This document shows positions 12,272-23,841 of a stretch of DNA of 53,038 bases, one piece after another (position 1 is the first letter of the stretch; each line of letters begins with the position of its first letter). Origin of the DNA: Octopus bimaculoides (taxonomy: Eukaryota). The notes beneath the pieces are model-generated. The model made no database searches. It worked only from the letters and a program-made list of their open reading frames with translations, and was not told the origin of the DNA. The position numbers and the translations under genes are program-made. The stretch is from NCBI RefSeq assembly GCF_001194135.2, contig NC_068986.1:82762708-82815745 (forward strand), read 5' to 3'.

Positions 12272-12497
12272 GGCAGTGAGCGGGCAGAATCGTTAGCTCA
12301 CAGGGTAAAAATGATTGGCGGCATTTCGTCTGTCTTTACGTTCCGAGTTTAAATTCCGCCGAGATCGGCTTTGCCTTTCATCCTTTGAGTAGGGGTGCGG
12401 GGGTCGATAAAATAAGTACCAGTCAAGTACTGGGGTCGGTGTAATCGACTTACTCCTTCCCCCGAAATTTTAGGCTTTGTACCAATATAAGAAAAGA
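12270..12497 (+). mobile_element. tRNA-derived SINE family A, full length
   Basis: A-box-like GGGCAGAATCG, B-box-like GAGTTTAAATTCC, core GCCTTTCATCCTTT..GGGGTCGATAAAATAAGTACCAG, tail ..AGAAAAG, then ATT repeats. Confidence 0.9.
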
Positions 12498-12790
12498 TTA
12501 TTATTGTTGCCGTCGTCGCTGTCGTCGTCGCCGTCGTCGTCGTCGTCGTTGTTTTTGTTGTGGCGGCTGCTGCTGCTGCTGCTGCTGCTACTGTGGTAGT
12601 TGTATATGTTGCTGTTTTAATTGTTGTTTTTACTGTTGTAGCTATTGTTGTTGGTGATGTTGCAATTGTTATTAACATCAATATTGTTGTTATTATTGTT
12701 ATTGCTACTGTTCCCCTTATTGTTATTATCACTATCATTATTGTTGTTGTTGCTGTTCTTATTATCTTTTATTTTTTTATTTTTTATTTT
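12498..12790. repeat. Compound trinucleotide mosaic (GTC/GCT/GTT/ATT)
   Basis: Read directly; source of the poly-T/A/V ORFs. Confidence 0.9.
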
Positions 12791-12798
12791 TTTTATTA

Positions 12799-12883
12799 TT
12801 CATATATACACAACAGATTAGACTGTTGGAAAGAAAAGAAAAAAATCCTAACATCGGGCTACAACAAGTAACCTTAGATGCCT
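12799..12883 (-). mobile_element. 3' end of a second Dong/R4-like family
   Basis: Shares GTAACCTTAGAT (12868-12879), which contains the minus-strand stop codon, with 27111-27122 of the larger R4-like copy. Flanked by ATT repeats. Confidence 0.5.
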
Positions 12884-12911
12884 ATTATTATTATTGTTAT
12901 TATTATTATTA

Positions 12912-13125
12912 TTCAGTAGTTTTATTTTTATAACGTGCTTTCACTTCACTACCGAGCGCAGCTCTGTGCGCCTTGGGTATGTGCTGTGGTTTGCTGTGGT
13001 GCTCTTATGTTTACTGTATTGAAAGTGTTTTGCGTAGAGTGTGTGCAGTACCCAGTAGTGCAATTTTCTGTATGTTATATATATTTGTAAGTCCTGCTAT
13101 TTTTGTTATGTATTTGTCTGAATAT
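12912..13125 (-). mobile_element. Dong/R4 family 1 C-terminus plus 3' UTR
   Basis: KYSDKYITKIAGLTNIYNIQKIALLGTAHTLRKTLSIQ* followed by the shared 3' UTR. (ATT)n on both sides. Confidence 0.9.
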
Positions 13126-13132
13126 TTTTTTT

Positions 13133-13420
<288 letters not shown>

Positions 13421-14025
13421 GTTGTTATTGCGTTTCCGATTACTGACAATCCGTCATATTAGATTGCTGCAACCCAGTTTATGTCTACTGTGACACTATC
13501 GGTTGATAAATATTCTATTTTTAGCGAAACCTTTCACATTGATCCACACAAAGGTCGCAAAACGATATTGTCTGTGTCTGTCTGTCTGTGTGTCAGCGAC
13601 CTCGATGTCTATCCCCAGTTTTATTGATTTCCTAAATATATAGAAACCTTTAGCATATTCTACTTAAATGCCTTGGCCCTGTAATTAGAAACTTTAACCT
13701 CTTCGTCGTCTTTCAATATTGAAAATGTCTCTTGCATTCATTTCGTTTTGTTTTTTTTACTTTCTTCGGTTTCTCATTTTTAATTTCACCGTGTATATAT
13801 TATATATATATNNNNNNNNNNNNNNNNNNNNNNNNNNNNNNNNNNNNNNNNNNNNNNNNNNNNNNNNNNNNNNNNNNNNNNNNNNNNNNNNNNNNNNNNN
13901 NNNNNNNNNNNNNNNNNNNNNNNNNNNNNNNNNNNNNNNNNNNNNNNNNNNNNNNNNNNNNNNNNNNNNNNNNNNNNNNNNNNNNNNNNNNNNNNNNNNN
14001 NNNNNNNNNNNNNNNNNNNNNNNNN

Positions 14026-14026
<1 letters not shown>

Positions 14027-14097
<71 letters not shown>

Positions 14098-14630
14098 TAC
14101 CACACACTTTGCTATGGAGCATGTGCATGTACTGGTAAAATACCATGGAGCAGTCGAGTATCTCGTGATTTCCGGCTCTTTGCTTGCTAACATGGTGGTT
14201 TATTTACTATGTATATGTGTGTGTGCGTATGTATACGTATTGTGTGTGTGCGTGCGTTTACGTGTTGAGTGTGTACGTATACGTATTGAGTGTGTGTGTG
14301 TGTATGTGTGTGTGCATGTGTGTGAGTGTGTATGTATGTGTGTTTGTGCGTATGTGCATGTGTGGAGGAGAAGGCACGTATGTGTGTAGAGGTGAAAGTT
14401 CACATACGTGTATGCATATGCGTGTGTGTGTGTGTGAGTGTGTGTGTATGTGCGTGTGTTCATGTGAAGGTGAGAGTGCGATTGTGTATGTATACTGAAC
14501 TCTGTATCTGCGTCCTTGTGTGTAATTTGTTTGTACGTACACGTGTGTGTGTGGAAGAGAGGGACTTTTTACGTGTTTGTATATGTATGTGTGTGTACAT
14601 GCATGCGTTTGCATATGTGTGCGTGTGTCG
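14027..14630. repeat. (GATA)n (14027-14097) and a degenerate (TG)n tract (about 14205-14630)
   Basis: Read directly. Confidence 0.9.
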
Positions 14631-15329
14631 TACATCGATATTTAGTTGCTCCAAGTGGAGTGTTGTCATCATATTTGCTGTGTGTGTTATAAACAGAAAC
14701 GTAATTGTGAGCGATGACTCTGGTGATTGAAGCTGAATTGAAAAACAGGTTTGAAGACGTCAGACGGAATGTAAAAGCCATTGACAGCTAAAAGATTCGT
14801 CTAGAATATTTTCAACGACTTACAAAAACAAAAGTCACAACAAAATAGGAAATATTCTTAAGTAGGGAGTCAAAATACTTGATGTAGGGTAGTAAAGAAA
14901 CAGTTTAATTAAATACAGTTGCACCGTAATGGAAAGTAAAATATCATAAGAGTGAATGATAATTCCTGTTAAGTAGGACAAGGGTGATAAATCTGAAATC
15001 TAAACTGATTAAAATTTGAATGGTGTAGGCGATATCACAACTGGCCTGAGCCATTTGTGATATGTGGAGCTATTTTCAAATTGCAAGTTAGTATTTTCTT
15101 AAATATCAACTTCCAGCAGCATATTATTTATGTATAGTCTGAGGGTATATACTCATGTACATGTTCTTGTAAGTTGTGTATGATGTAGTAATATATAACA
15201 GAATAAAAGAAATAGCAAAATTTTTTTTTTTTTTAATTTGATTCTTTGCTAAAATGTCCTTCTTTGCCTCTGACAAAGGTGAGTAGACCTCTCAAAATTG
15301 TATTCCTATACAAATTGGTCAACTTACAC

Positions 15330-15378
<49 letters not shown>

Positions 15379-15504
15379 NNNNNNNNNNNNNNNNNNNNNN
15401 NNNNNNNNNNNNNNNNNNNNNNNNNNNNNNNNNNNNNNNNNNNNNNNNNNNNNNNNNNNNNNNNNNNNNNNCTCTCTCTCTCTCTCTCTATCTCTCTCCT
15501 TCTT

Positions 15505-15546
<42 letters not shown>

Positions 15547-15739
15547 GGTCTGGTATAGAGCGGCCTTGATCGTTATTATGTACGGGGGCAACTGTGAATA
15601 GATTCACTTCTATTTAGAGATATTCCCTACTAACAACAGTGTTGTTTTCACTACTACACTCTTTAACAAGTTTTTTTTAGTTGTTTAGAGCAGCACACGT
15701 TGATAGATATAACAGGACACACCTCATTCGGTAAGTCTA

Positions 15740-15935
15740 CGTAGTTTTTCAACCAACTAGAACTAGTAGCACTCCTTCAAATTATATCTCCTGTCTTTAA
15801 GACAGTACATTTGTACATTTGACAATACAATCATAGTAATATTACCTAAAAAAGCATAAGATGATCATGGTTGGAATGTCATAGGTCTGCTCGATAAGGG
15901 CTGGTATAGGAGGAAATACCAATAACAAATAAACT
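15740..15935 (+). mobile_element. Unclassified interspersed repeat family Z (SINE-like 3' part ending ..CATAGGTCTGCTC..AACAACAA)
   Basis: The motif chain CTAGAA..AGCAG / AAAT..CTC..AAAT.ACAC / GACACATTGGATAATGTAG / GGTTGGAATG..ATCATAGGTCTGCTC recurs at about 23950-24190 (+), 24205-24300 (-), 35480-35640, 35985-36095, 36690-36870, 37830-37980 and 48865-49080. Confidence 0.6.
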
Positions 15936-16366
15936 TTAAATAATGGAAGCAACAAAAGTAGTATTTTCCAAAGACATGATTGGTTTATACTCTTCAACAC
16001 ACCCAGACAGTACACTGATGCTTTTTCCTAAAGACTTGTAAAAAGTGACTAGCTAAAGCACTGCAGATGTTATTGCAAAGGTCACTTGTTAAAGATATAG
16101 TCGCGAAAACATTGAAGGTGTGGCATTATGTCTGCGACTGAGAAAGAAACCGAGAAGTTAAGTTTTATGGGTCTATTTGCCTATTTTAAAAGGATTATGG
16201 AGCAAATTGCGAGAAAAAAGTTGATAACTTTATAAAGCTAGAAATTGCTTTACACATCTTTACACTGCTCCACAAAAGAGTATCTATACCAAGATTAGTA
16301 TAGGTAAGTGGTCTTGTAGTCTTTATCGAGATTATATAAAGCCATTTGAAAAAACAACGGTCACAT

Positions 16367-16530
16367 ATTCTTTTCTACTTTAGGTACGAAGCCCGAAATT
16401 TTGGGGGAGGGGCTAGTCGATTAGATCGACCTCAGTACGCAACTGGTATTTAATTTATCGACTCCGAAAGGATGAAAGGCAAAGTCGACCTCGGCGGAAT
16501 TTGAACTCAGAGCATAAAGACAGATGAAAT
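16367..16530 (-). mobile_element. SINE family A, 5'-truncated
   Basis: Reverse complement of core and tail; GGAATTTGAACTC B box. Confidence 0.9.
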
Positions 16531-17766
16531 AATGGACTCAAATTATGCAACCTTGGTCTCTTGTCTCTTATGATCATTAGAATAAATACATTGATCTTTT
16601 ACAGAATCNNNNNNNNNNNNNNNNNNNNNNNNNNNNNNNNNNNNNNNNNNNNNNNNNNNNNNNNNNNNNNNNNNNNNNNNNNNNNNNNNNNNNNNNNNNN
16701 NNNNNNNNNNNNNNNNNNNNNNNNNNNNNNNNNNNNNNNNNNNNNNNNNNNNNNNNNNNNNNNNNNNNNNNNNNNNNNNNNNNNNNNNNNNNNNNNNNNN
16801 NNNNNNNNNNNNNNNNNNNNNNNNNNNNNNNNNNNNNNNNNNNNNNNNNNNNNNNNNNNNNNNNNNNNNNNNNNNNNNNNNNNNNNNNNNNNNNNNNNNN
16901 NNNNNNNNNNNNNNNNNNNNNNNNNNNNNNNNNNNNNNNNNNNNNNNNNNNNNNNNNNNNNNNNNNNNNNNNNNNNNNNNNNNNNNNNNNNNNNNNNNNN
17001 NNNNNNNNNNNNNNNNNNNNNNNNNNNNNNNNNNNNNNNNNNNNNNNNNNNNNNNNNNNNNNNNNNNNNNNNNNNNNNNNNNNNNNNNNNNNNNNNNNNN
17101 NNNNNNNNNNNNNNNNNNNNNNNNNNNNNNNNNNNNNNNNNNNNATTTGAGCGTGTGTGCGCGTGTGTGTAAATAGTTCTTTAAATCAACCCGTTCTATG
17201 GTTTCATAGCCTAGTCACAACTTTATTTCCTTTCCTACTTCTGCTTCTACTGATTTCCACTGTCATCCACCCGCTTCTTTCCAAGAAAGCATTGTATAGA
17301 TTTAATTATATATTTACCTACGCACGCAAATACACACACACACATACACAATTATACACAAGCACACACACACACATAATCATACACTAACACGCACACG
17401 CCCTCATACACACACACACACACACACACATACATACGCATTAGAGAAAGACGCAACAGATGCCATTGTTTGCTGTACTTAATCCAATTGTAGCTTGATA
17501 ATTGCAATTCTAAGTAAACTCTCATAGATACAGCAGCAGCATGTGATGGTATTGAGAGCCGGCTATCAAGTTTGGAGTCAATAATATTCAGCTGATCGAT
17601 ACTAAATAAATATTTCCTTAACCTGTAATAAGTGGAAGTCTAAGTAAATACATGCACCTGAGATCACACTTCTTTTCCCGATGTGAAAACGTACCTCACC
17701 TTAATTAAATCAATGAAAAATTTAAGAATCTTCAAAACTATGCTCGCAAAAAAGCATACAAAGTCT

Positions 17767-17925
17767 AGGCATTACCGTATGATCAAGAAGTTTGCTTTGC
17801 AATTGCGTGGTCGAGGATTCGATTCCAATGCGCAGCACCGTATGCAAATGCATTCTAACGTACCTTGAGTTCAACCTGAGGTTTTATGTCAAATAAGGTT
17901 GACGAAAACTGTGTGGAGCCCCGGC
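17767..17925 (+). mobile_element. SINE family B 5' (tRNA-like) head, degenerate
   Basis: GGCATTACCGTATGATCAAGAAGTTTGC..GGATTCGATTCC (B box)..GACGAAAACTG; complementary to the SINE-B segment at 52922-53038. Confidence 0.5.
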
Positions 17926-18269
17926 GAAAGAACGACTGCGCCTCGTAAATCAAAATCTCTTCTCTTTTCATTCCACAACTTCTGTACGTCTTGCTAGGGC
18001 CTTGGGGTATAAGAGGAAAAGAGGAAAAGAGGAGAAATGAAGCAGGCAGTGAGGGAAGAAGAAATGAAATGATAGTGGGGAGAGGAGAAATGAAGGAGGT
18101 ATGAACTCATGTGAGTTTCTCACGTGAGTATAAAATACTGTCTGACCTTTGTACTTGTAACCACTGGAAATTCTGTTCTCGATGAAATGTTGCAATAAAC
18201 TTGGTTAGTCATTTGTCTTACGAGTTATTAGAAATGTGATGCACGTAATATTTGTACCATTAGCAATGT

Positions 18270-18475
18270 AAAGTCACATATATATTGTTATATGGAGACG
18301 ACGTCAGATATGTTGTGTCACATATGTTGTGTATACAGAGATGACATCATGTATACATTGTGTACTTGGAGATGACGTCACACAATGTTTGCATGGAGAT
18401 GATGTCACATATGTCGAGATGATGTCAAATACGATGTCTACAAATAGATAACATCACATATAATGGTGATGACGG
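18270..18475. repeat. Degenerate 20-30 bp minisatellite whose units contain TGACGTCA-like octamers
   Basis: CGACGTCA 18299, TGACATCA 18342, TGACGTCA 18373, TGATGTCA 18400, TGATGTCA 18420, TAACATCA about 18449; most are preceded by GAGA. Confidence 0.8.
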
Positions 18476-18574
18476 GGGCAGTTAGGCGGTAGTGGAGATG
18501 GTCGTCGTCGTTTTCATCGACGTCGTAGTATAGTAGCAAAGAGCCTTGCAGTTTTTGTTACAGCCCTTTAAGCT

Positions 18575-18722
18575 GTAAGTTCAAATCCTGCCGAGGTCAG
18601 CTTTGCTTTTCATCCTTTCAGGGTCAATAAAACAAAGTACCAATCAAAACCCTTGGGTCGATTTAATCGATTAGCTCCTTCCTCAAATTGCTGCCTTTGT
18701 GCCTGCGTTAGGAACAATTATT
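18575..18722 (+). mobile_element. SINE family A, 5'-truncated
   Basis: AAGTTCAAATCC B box, core and tail. Confidence 0.8.
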
Positions 18723-18959
18723 TAGCTCCAGATCAACTCTGTACAAGCAGGCATTATAACCAAGGGCGTTCAAGCTGCAATCAGGCTGTCGTATGTTCAG
18801 ATCTGTTTTATCTAATGTGTTCTTTCATTATTCGAGATAATAGGTTTGATGTGAGGGACATTTCGTAGCTATCTCTAGCAAGTCGAGCGACCACATGATG
18901 TAGACGTGGCGGGGTTTTGATAACTGAAGCAGAGATGGCAGCAGCAATAATAACAATCA

Positions 18960-19172
18960 TTTCTACTGTTGGCATAAGGCCCAAAATATTTGGTGAGGTG
19001 GGGTAGTCGATTACATCGATCTTAGTACTCAACCGGTGCTTACTTTATCGACCCATATAGGATGAAAGGCAATGCCGATCTCGGCGGCATTTGAACTCAG
19101 AACGTAACACAGGAAGAAATGCAATTGAGCATTTTGTCCGGCGTACTAACGATTCTGCCAATTTCCTGCCTT
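18960..19172 (-). mobile_element. SINE family A, full length
   Basis: Ends CTAACGATTCTGCCAATTTCCTGCCTT (reverse-complement head), followed by (AAT)n. Confidence 0.9.
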
Positions 19173-19173
19173 A

Positions 19174-19260
<87 letters not shown>

Positions 19261-19814
19261 GCCCGGATGCAGTACCAGGTAGTGGCTCTCATGGCTTCTA
19301 ATCTTAATTGATTGGAAGTGTTATTATGTACATTGTTTTGTCTTGGTATAAAAGATGGGCTGCAGCAAATATTCTGCTCAATACCACAGATTTGCTTGAC
19401 AGTTGTTTGACCTTAACCAGTTGAGCATGTCTTTTGGTGGCTGACAATATGTGCATCTCTGATCATGAGCAGAAGTAGTAGGGGAGCATCATAGCCATGT
19501 GTTGAGAGGAATTCTTTGGGGTTTGAATAATTCACCTTTGGAAACATGGCTGTTTTGCTCAACATCCTTAAACAAACCTTATTCAGTGACCTTTTGAGCG
19601 GGATGGGCCACTCGACCTGAAGAAAATTCTAACTGGGCCTCACTTGCAAGGTCATGCACTGTTTATCTTGATATGAGATCACCATGTCGCGCACATATGG
19701 TTGTGATGCATGTGCTTGGTGTACCCTTATCAAACAGGTAGTCATGATGGGTGTACTGGGCTTCGTATATTTTACACCAGTGTAACTTTGATGGCATGTA
19801 CTGCTCTCTCACTC
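19261..19814. mobile_element. Unclassified 554-bp non-coding interspersed element inserted in (AAT)n
   Basis: Sharp boundaries against (AAT)n on both sides (19173-19260, 19815-19922), higher GC than the surroundings and no long ORF. I recall it as an abundant octopus repeat. Confidence 0.6.
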
Positions 19815-19861
<47 letters not shown>

Positions 19862-19883
19862 CACCAACAACAACAACAGCAAC

Positions 19884-19921
<38 letters not shown>

Positions 19922-19922
<1 letters not shown>

Positions 19923-20214
19923 CTTTTCTACTCTAGGCACAAGGTCTGAAATTTTGGGAGAAGAGGCCAGTCGATTAGATCGACCCCACTACGCAACTGG
20001 TACTTAATTTATCGACCCCGAAAGGATGAAAGGCAAAGTCGACCTCGGCGGNNNNNNNNNNCCCCACTACGCAACTGGTACTTAATTTATCGACCCCGAA
20101 AGGATGAAAGGCAAAGTCGACCTCGGCGGAATTTGAACTCAGAACGTAACGACGTACAAAATGCCGCTAAGCATTTAGACCGGCATGCAAACGTTTCTAC
20201 CAGCTCACCGTCTT
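19922..20214 (-). mobile_element. SINE family A, full length; apparent internal duplication is an assembly overlap
   Basis: 19984-20051 is repeated identically after the 10-N gap (20052-20061). Confidence 0.9.
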
Positions 20215-20220
20215 TATAAT

Positions 20221-20261
<41 letters not shown>

Positions 20262-20262
<1 letters not shown>

Positions 20263-20403
20263 TCGTTCTACTATAGGCAGAATACCCGAAATTTGGGTGG
20301 AGAGGGGTCTATACGATTATATCAATTTTAATGCTTGGCTGATACTTATTTTATCGCCCCCGAAAGATGAAAGGCAAAGCCAACCTCGACGAAATTTGAA
20401 CTA
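20262..20403 (-). mobile_element. SINE family A, 5'-truncated, followed by (GAAA)n to 20478
   Basis: Core GAAAAGATGAAAGGCAAAG and B box AAATTTGAACT. Confidence 0.8.
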
Positions 20404-20421
20404 AGAAAGAAAGAAAGAAAA

Positions 20422-20477
<56 letters not shown>

Positions 20478-20763
20478 ACAACAACAAATACAACAATAAC
20501 AATAGTAACAGCAACAACAAGAACAATAAGAACTACGATAAAACAAAAGCCTCAGCAAAGTCAGAAGTAAGAGCAGTTAGTAAACGAGGTACATGAGGTC
20601 AAAAAATTGCCTCAAATCATATCTAACCATTTTAGCGGTACAAACATCCCAATAACGGAAGCAACAACTATTGTAACACTAACAACAACAGTAGCATCAA
20701 CAACGGGACAGTAACAATTGTGCTAACAACAGCATAACAACACTCACAACAACAGTAAAGCCG

Positions 20764-21136
20764 TAGTAAGTAGTAGTAGTAGTTGGCTGTGTCTCGTGTT
20801 TCCGAGCTTGCAATCCAGTTCATTTTCCTGGGTGTTTGAACCGCAGATGGCTCCGCAATCCAAGGGTTGCATGAAACATACGGGGACATTGTGGACAAGG
20901 GATAGAAGGGGTTGATTTGGGAAGGAGAAGGCGCTGCTTTCTCTCCCGTCTCTTGAGTTCAGCTCTTGCGACTCGGGCTTTCTCGAAGTCCGCTGAACCC
21001 GTTTTGATGGTGTGTCTCCAGAGGGGTCTGTTTGCCGAGATATCCTCCCAGTGTGCGGGGTCGATGTTGGTGCTTTTCAAGGTTGATTTGAGTTGGTCCT
21101 TGTACCGCCTCAAGGGGGCTCCACGAGGAGCTCGTA
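20764..21136 (-). mobile_element. RTE-clade LINE 3' end with intact C-terminal C2H2 zinc finger and (TAC)n tail
   Basis: ORF 20820..21146: RGAPLRRYKDQLKSTLKSTNIDPAHWEDISANRPLWRHTIKTG..CPQCPRMFHATLGLRSHLRFKH*. Short 3' UTR, then (TAC)n. Confidence 0.9.
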
Positions 21137-21139
21137 GTA

Positions 21140-21595
21140 AGTACAACAGTACATACTACACGACAGTATCGGCTACAACTACAACAACAGCGACACCACA
21201 ACCATACTAACAACAACACAATAGTAACGGCAATACAACAACAATAACAACAACACATCAGTAACAACAGCAGTAAGAACAACAACACAATAACAGTAAC
21301 AACCACTTCGAACAATTTTAACAACAGCAACGCAGCAACAGTAACAACAACAACACAACAACAACTATACTAACAACACAACACTGAAACAACAACACAG
21401 CAACAATAATAACAAGAACGACAGTAATAACAAATGTAACGTCAGCAATATATCAGTAACAACAACATAACAACAGTAGCACAACAACTGTAAGAATAAA
21501 ACAACTATAACAACACAGCAGAAGTAACAACAGCAACGGCTGTAAAAGCAAATAGCAACAGCGTCACCTTGGTGCATGTAAAGGGGAGACAATAA
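21140..21595. repeat. Compound (AAC/AGT/AGC) trinucleotide mosaic
   Basis: Read directly; a similar tract lies at 20478-20763. Confidence 0.9.
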
Positions 21596-22237
21596 NNNNN
21601 NNNNNNNNNNNNNNNNNNNNNNNNNNNNNNNNNNNNNNNNNNNNNNNNNNNNNNNNNNNNNNNNNNNNNNNNNNNNNNNNNNNNNNNNNNNNNNNNNNNN
21701 NNNNNNNNNNNNNNNNNNNNNNNNNNNNNNNNNNNNNNNNNNNNNNNNNNNNNNNNNNNNNNNNNNNNNNNNNNNNNNNNNNNNNNNNNNNNNNNNNNNN
21801 NNNNNNNNNNNNNNNNNNNNNNNNNNNNNNNNNNNNNNNNNNNNNNNNNNNNNNNNNNNNNNNNNNNNNNNNNNNNNNNNNNNNNNNNNNNNNNNNNNNN
21901 NNNNNNNNNNNNNNNNNNNNNNNNNNNNNNNNNNNNNNNNNNNNNNNNNNNNNNNNNNNNNNNNNNNNNNNNNNNNNNNNNNNNNNNNNNNNNNNNNNNN
22001 NNNNNNNNNNNNNNNNNNNNNNNNNNNNNNNNNNNNNNNNNNNNNNNNNNNNNNNNNNNNNNNNNNNNNNNNNNNNNNNNNNNNNNNNNNNNNNNNNNNN
22101 NNNNNNNNNNNNNNNNNATATACATATATCACCTATATATATATATATACATATATCACCTATATATATATATATATTTATATATATTCGTGTATTGAGT
22201 TCTATTTATCATGTTTGTTCTGCCCTACCTATTATAT

Positions 22238-22302
<65 letters not shown>

Positions 22303-22310
22303 CGCGCGCA
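22238..22310. repeat. (TG)n-(CG)n alternating purine-pyrimidine tract
   Basis: Long (TG)n followed by about 7 consecutive CG dinucleotides (22295-22308). Confidence 0.9.
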
Positions 22311-23697
22311 TAAACGCACACCCTCATGCTTACATACAGAAAAATAGTCAAGGAAGACAAATATTTAGATAAAGAAAACCATATAAAAACTACAATAGAA
22401 AGAGAAAGAAATGTGAATAAGTAAATTGTGAAAGGAAATGTCGGTATGTGTAGTTGAATAATAGAGATTTGTGAATAAGAAGAGGGGGGTTGTGATAAAG
22501 ACGGGATACGAAACAACAAATGGGGGTAGACGGCAGGGGAATAGTGGGCGAGCGGGTGGAGTTTGAAGTAATGTTAAATTCAAATATAAAAGGTAACGGG
22601 GAATAAGGAAGAGCGAAAGACAATAACGTAAGAGAAAAGAGATCAATGGGAATGAAAAGATTAGAATCAGTGGTGGGATACTCGGTGGAAAACAGTCTTC
22701 TTTTCAACTTTTTTCCGTATAGAAATAGTTATAAACGTGTCAGAAAGAAAACAATGGAAGAAGCAATTCCTTCCATCTACCGTCTGCCAGCCTCCAGTCG
22801 ATTAAAGACTTTCTCCCCGCCTCTCTCTCTCTTTCTCTCTTTTTCTAAGTATCGGAACTTTGCACAGATCCGTTTCTCCACAGTTTTTGCGAATCACTGG
22901 GATGTCGATTTAACTGAACAATAGAAACAATTATTCTTTATTTTGGCAATGTAGCTGTCTGTAACTTTGCTGATTTCCCCTTGTATTTAACAGGATTTCT
23001 CCTCCTTTCTCTCCTTCGTTCATTTTTTTCATCCTCTTCCTTCTTCTTCTACTTCTGCCTCCTCCTTCTCCTCCTCCTCCTTTTGTTTCTTTCTTTCATT
23101 CATTCTTTTATTTTACAATCGCAATTGTTGCTGTGAAATCTTAAGATCGAAAACTCTGTTTCTGTGGTTAAAGACTGTTTAAAAACCGTCGGTGGTTGTT
23201 TAAGATCATTCCGATTGAATGCGTTCATCGATGTAAGATTGTGCTGTGACACTATGTGACTTAATGATTGAAAACACAGTGTCATACTGTGACACCAATA
23301 AGATGGGGAGCAAGATGGAGGGGAAGAATTAATAAAGAAGTTTTTGGTTAACTGAAAAAATTCTCATTTAGCTTAAACTACAGGTAAAATACAAAAATAT
23401 CAAATACTAAAATATGTGTTTCTGAACTCTATGTCAAAATTCCTTGTAAATTAATGTTTGGTGTTACAGTAAAGCGACCATGTGCTTAACAAATTTTACA
23501 TTATAAATATATAAGACTTTATCATTGTTGTCTTTGTCTCATCCAAGTCAATCCTGATAACTATAACTACCTCGTTTTTTTCCCATATGCAAGGAACCCG
23601 AGTTACATTATACAAAAGTACTTTTTTAAAGATGGCTGGGCTCTGATTTGCAGGAGATTTGTTTGCTATTTCTAGCTGGTCACATGAGCGAGTAGAG

Positions 23698-23841
23698 CAG
23701 ATGTTGGCAACCTTTTCGAGAAGCAGGCCGCATGAGATATAGCTCATCACCAGGCGGGCCGCACTACTAAAAATGTTCGAAAAACTTTTAGTTAGGCGCG
23801 CCATTCAAAAAGTCCCGCCGGTCACAGTTTGCCCATAACTG
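23698..23841. mobile_element. hAT (Buster/Charlie-type) MITE
   Basis: Imperfect TIRs CAGATGTTGGCAACC / GTTTGCCCATAACTG; flanking 8-mers GAGTAGAG / ATGTAGAG (6/8 match, central TA); internal GCGGGCCGCA motif. Confidence 0.7.

Noticed and set aside
12270-12360. tRNA gene-like A and B boxes
   Set aside because: These are SINE heads: no cloverleaf, and they are followed by the SINE core and tail.
14714-14792. Mini-ORF MTLVIEAELKNRFEDVRRNVKAIDS*
   Set aside because: 25 codons and protein-like, but within chance expectation; no family recognised.
19984-20130. Tandem duplication of the SINE core
   Set aside because: Identical 68 bp on both sides of a 10-N placeholder, including a private variant; a contig-overlap artefact. 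The same applies to 13148-13400.
22640-22990. ORF 22646..22924 or a promoter/5' UTR-like unique region
   Set aside because: No domain or definable core promoter; the impression rests on composition only.
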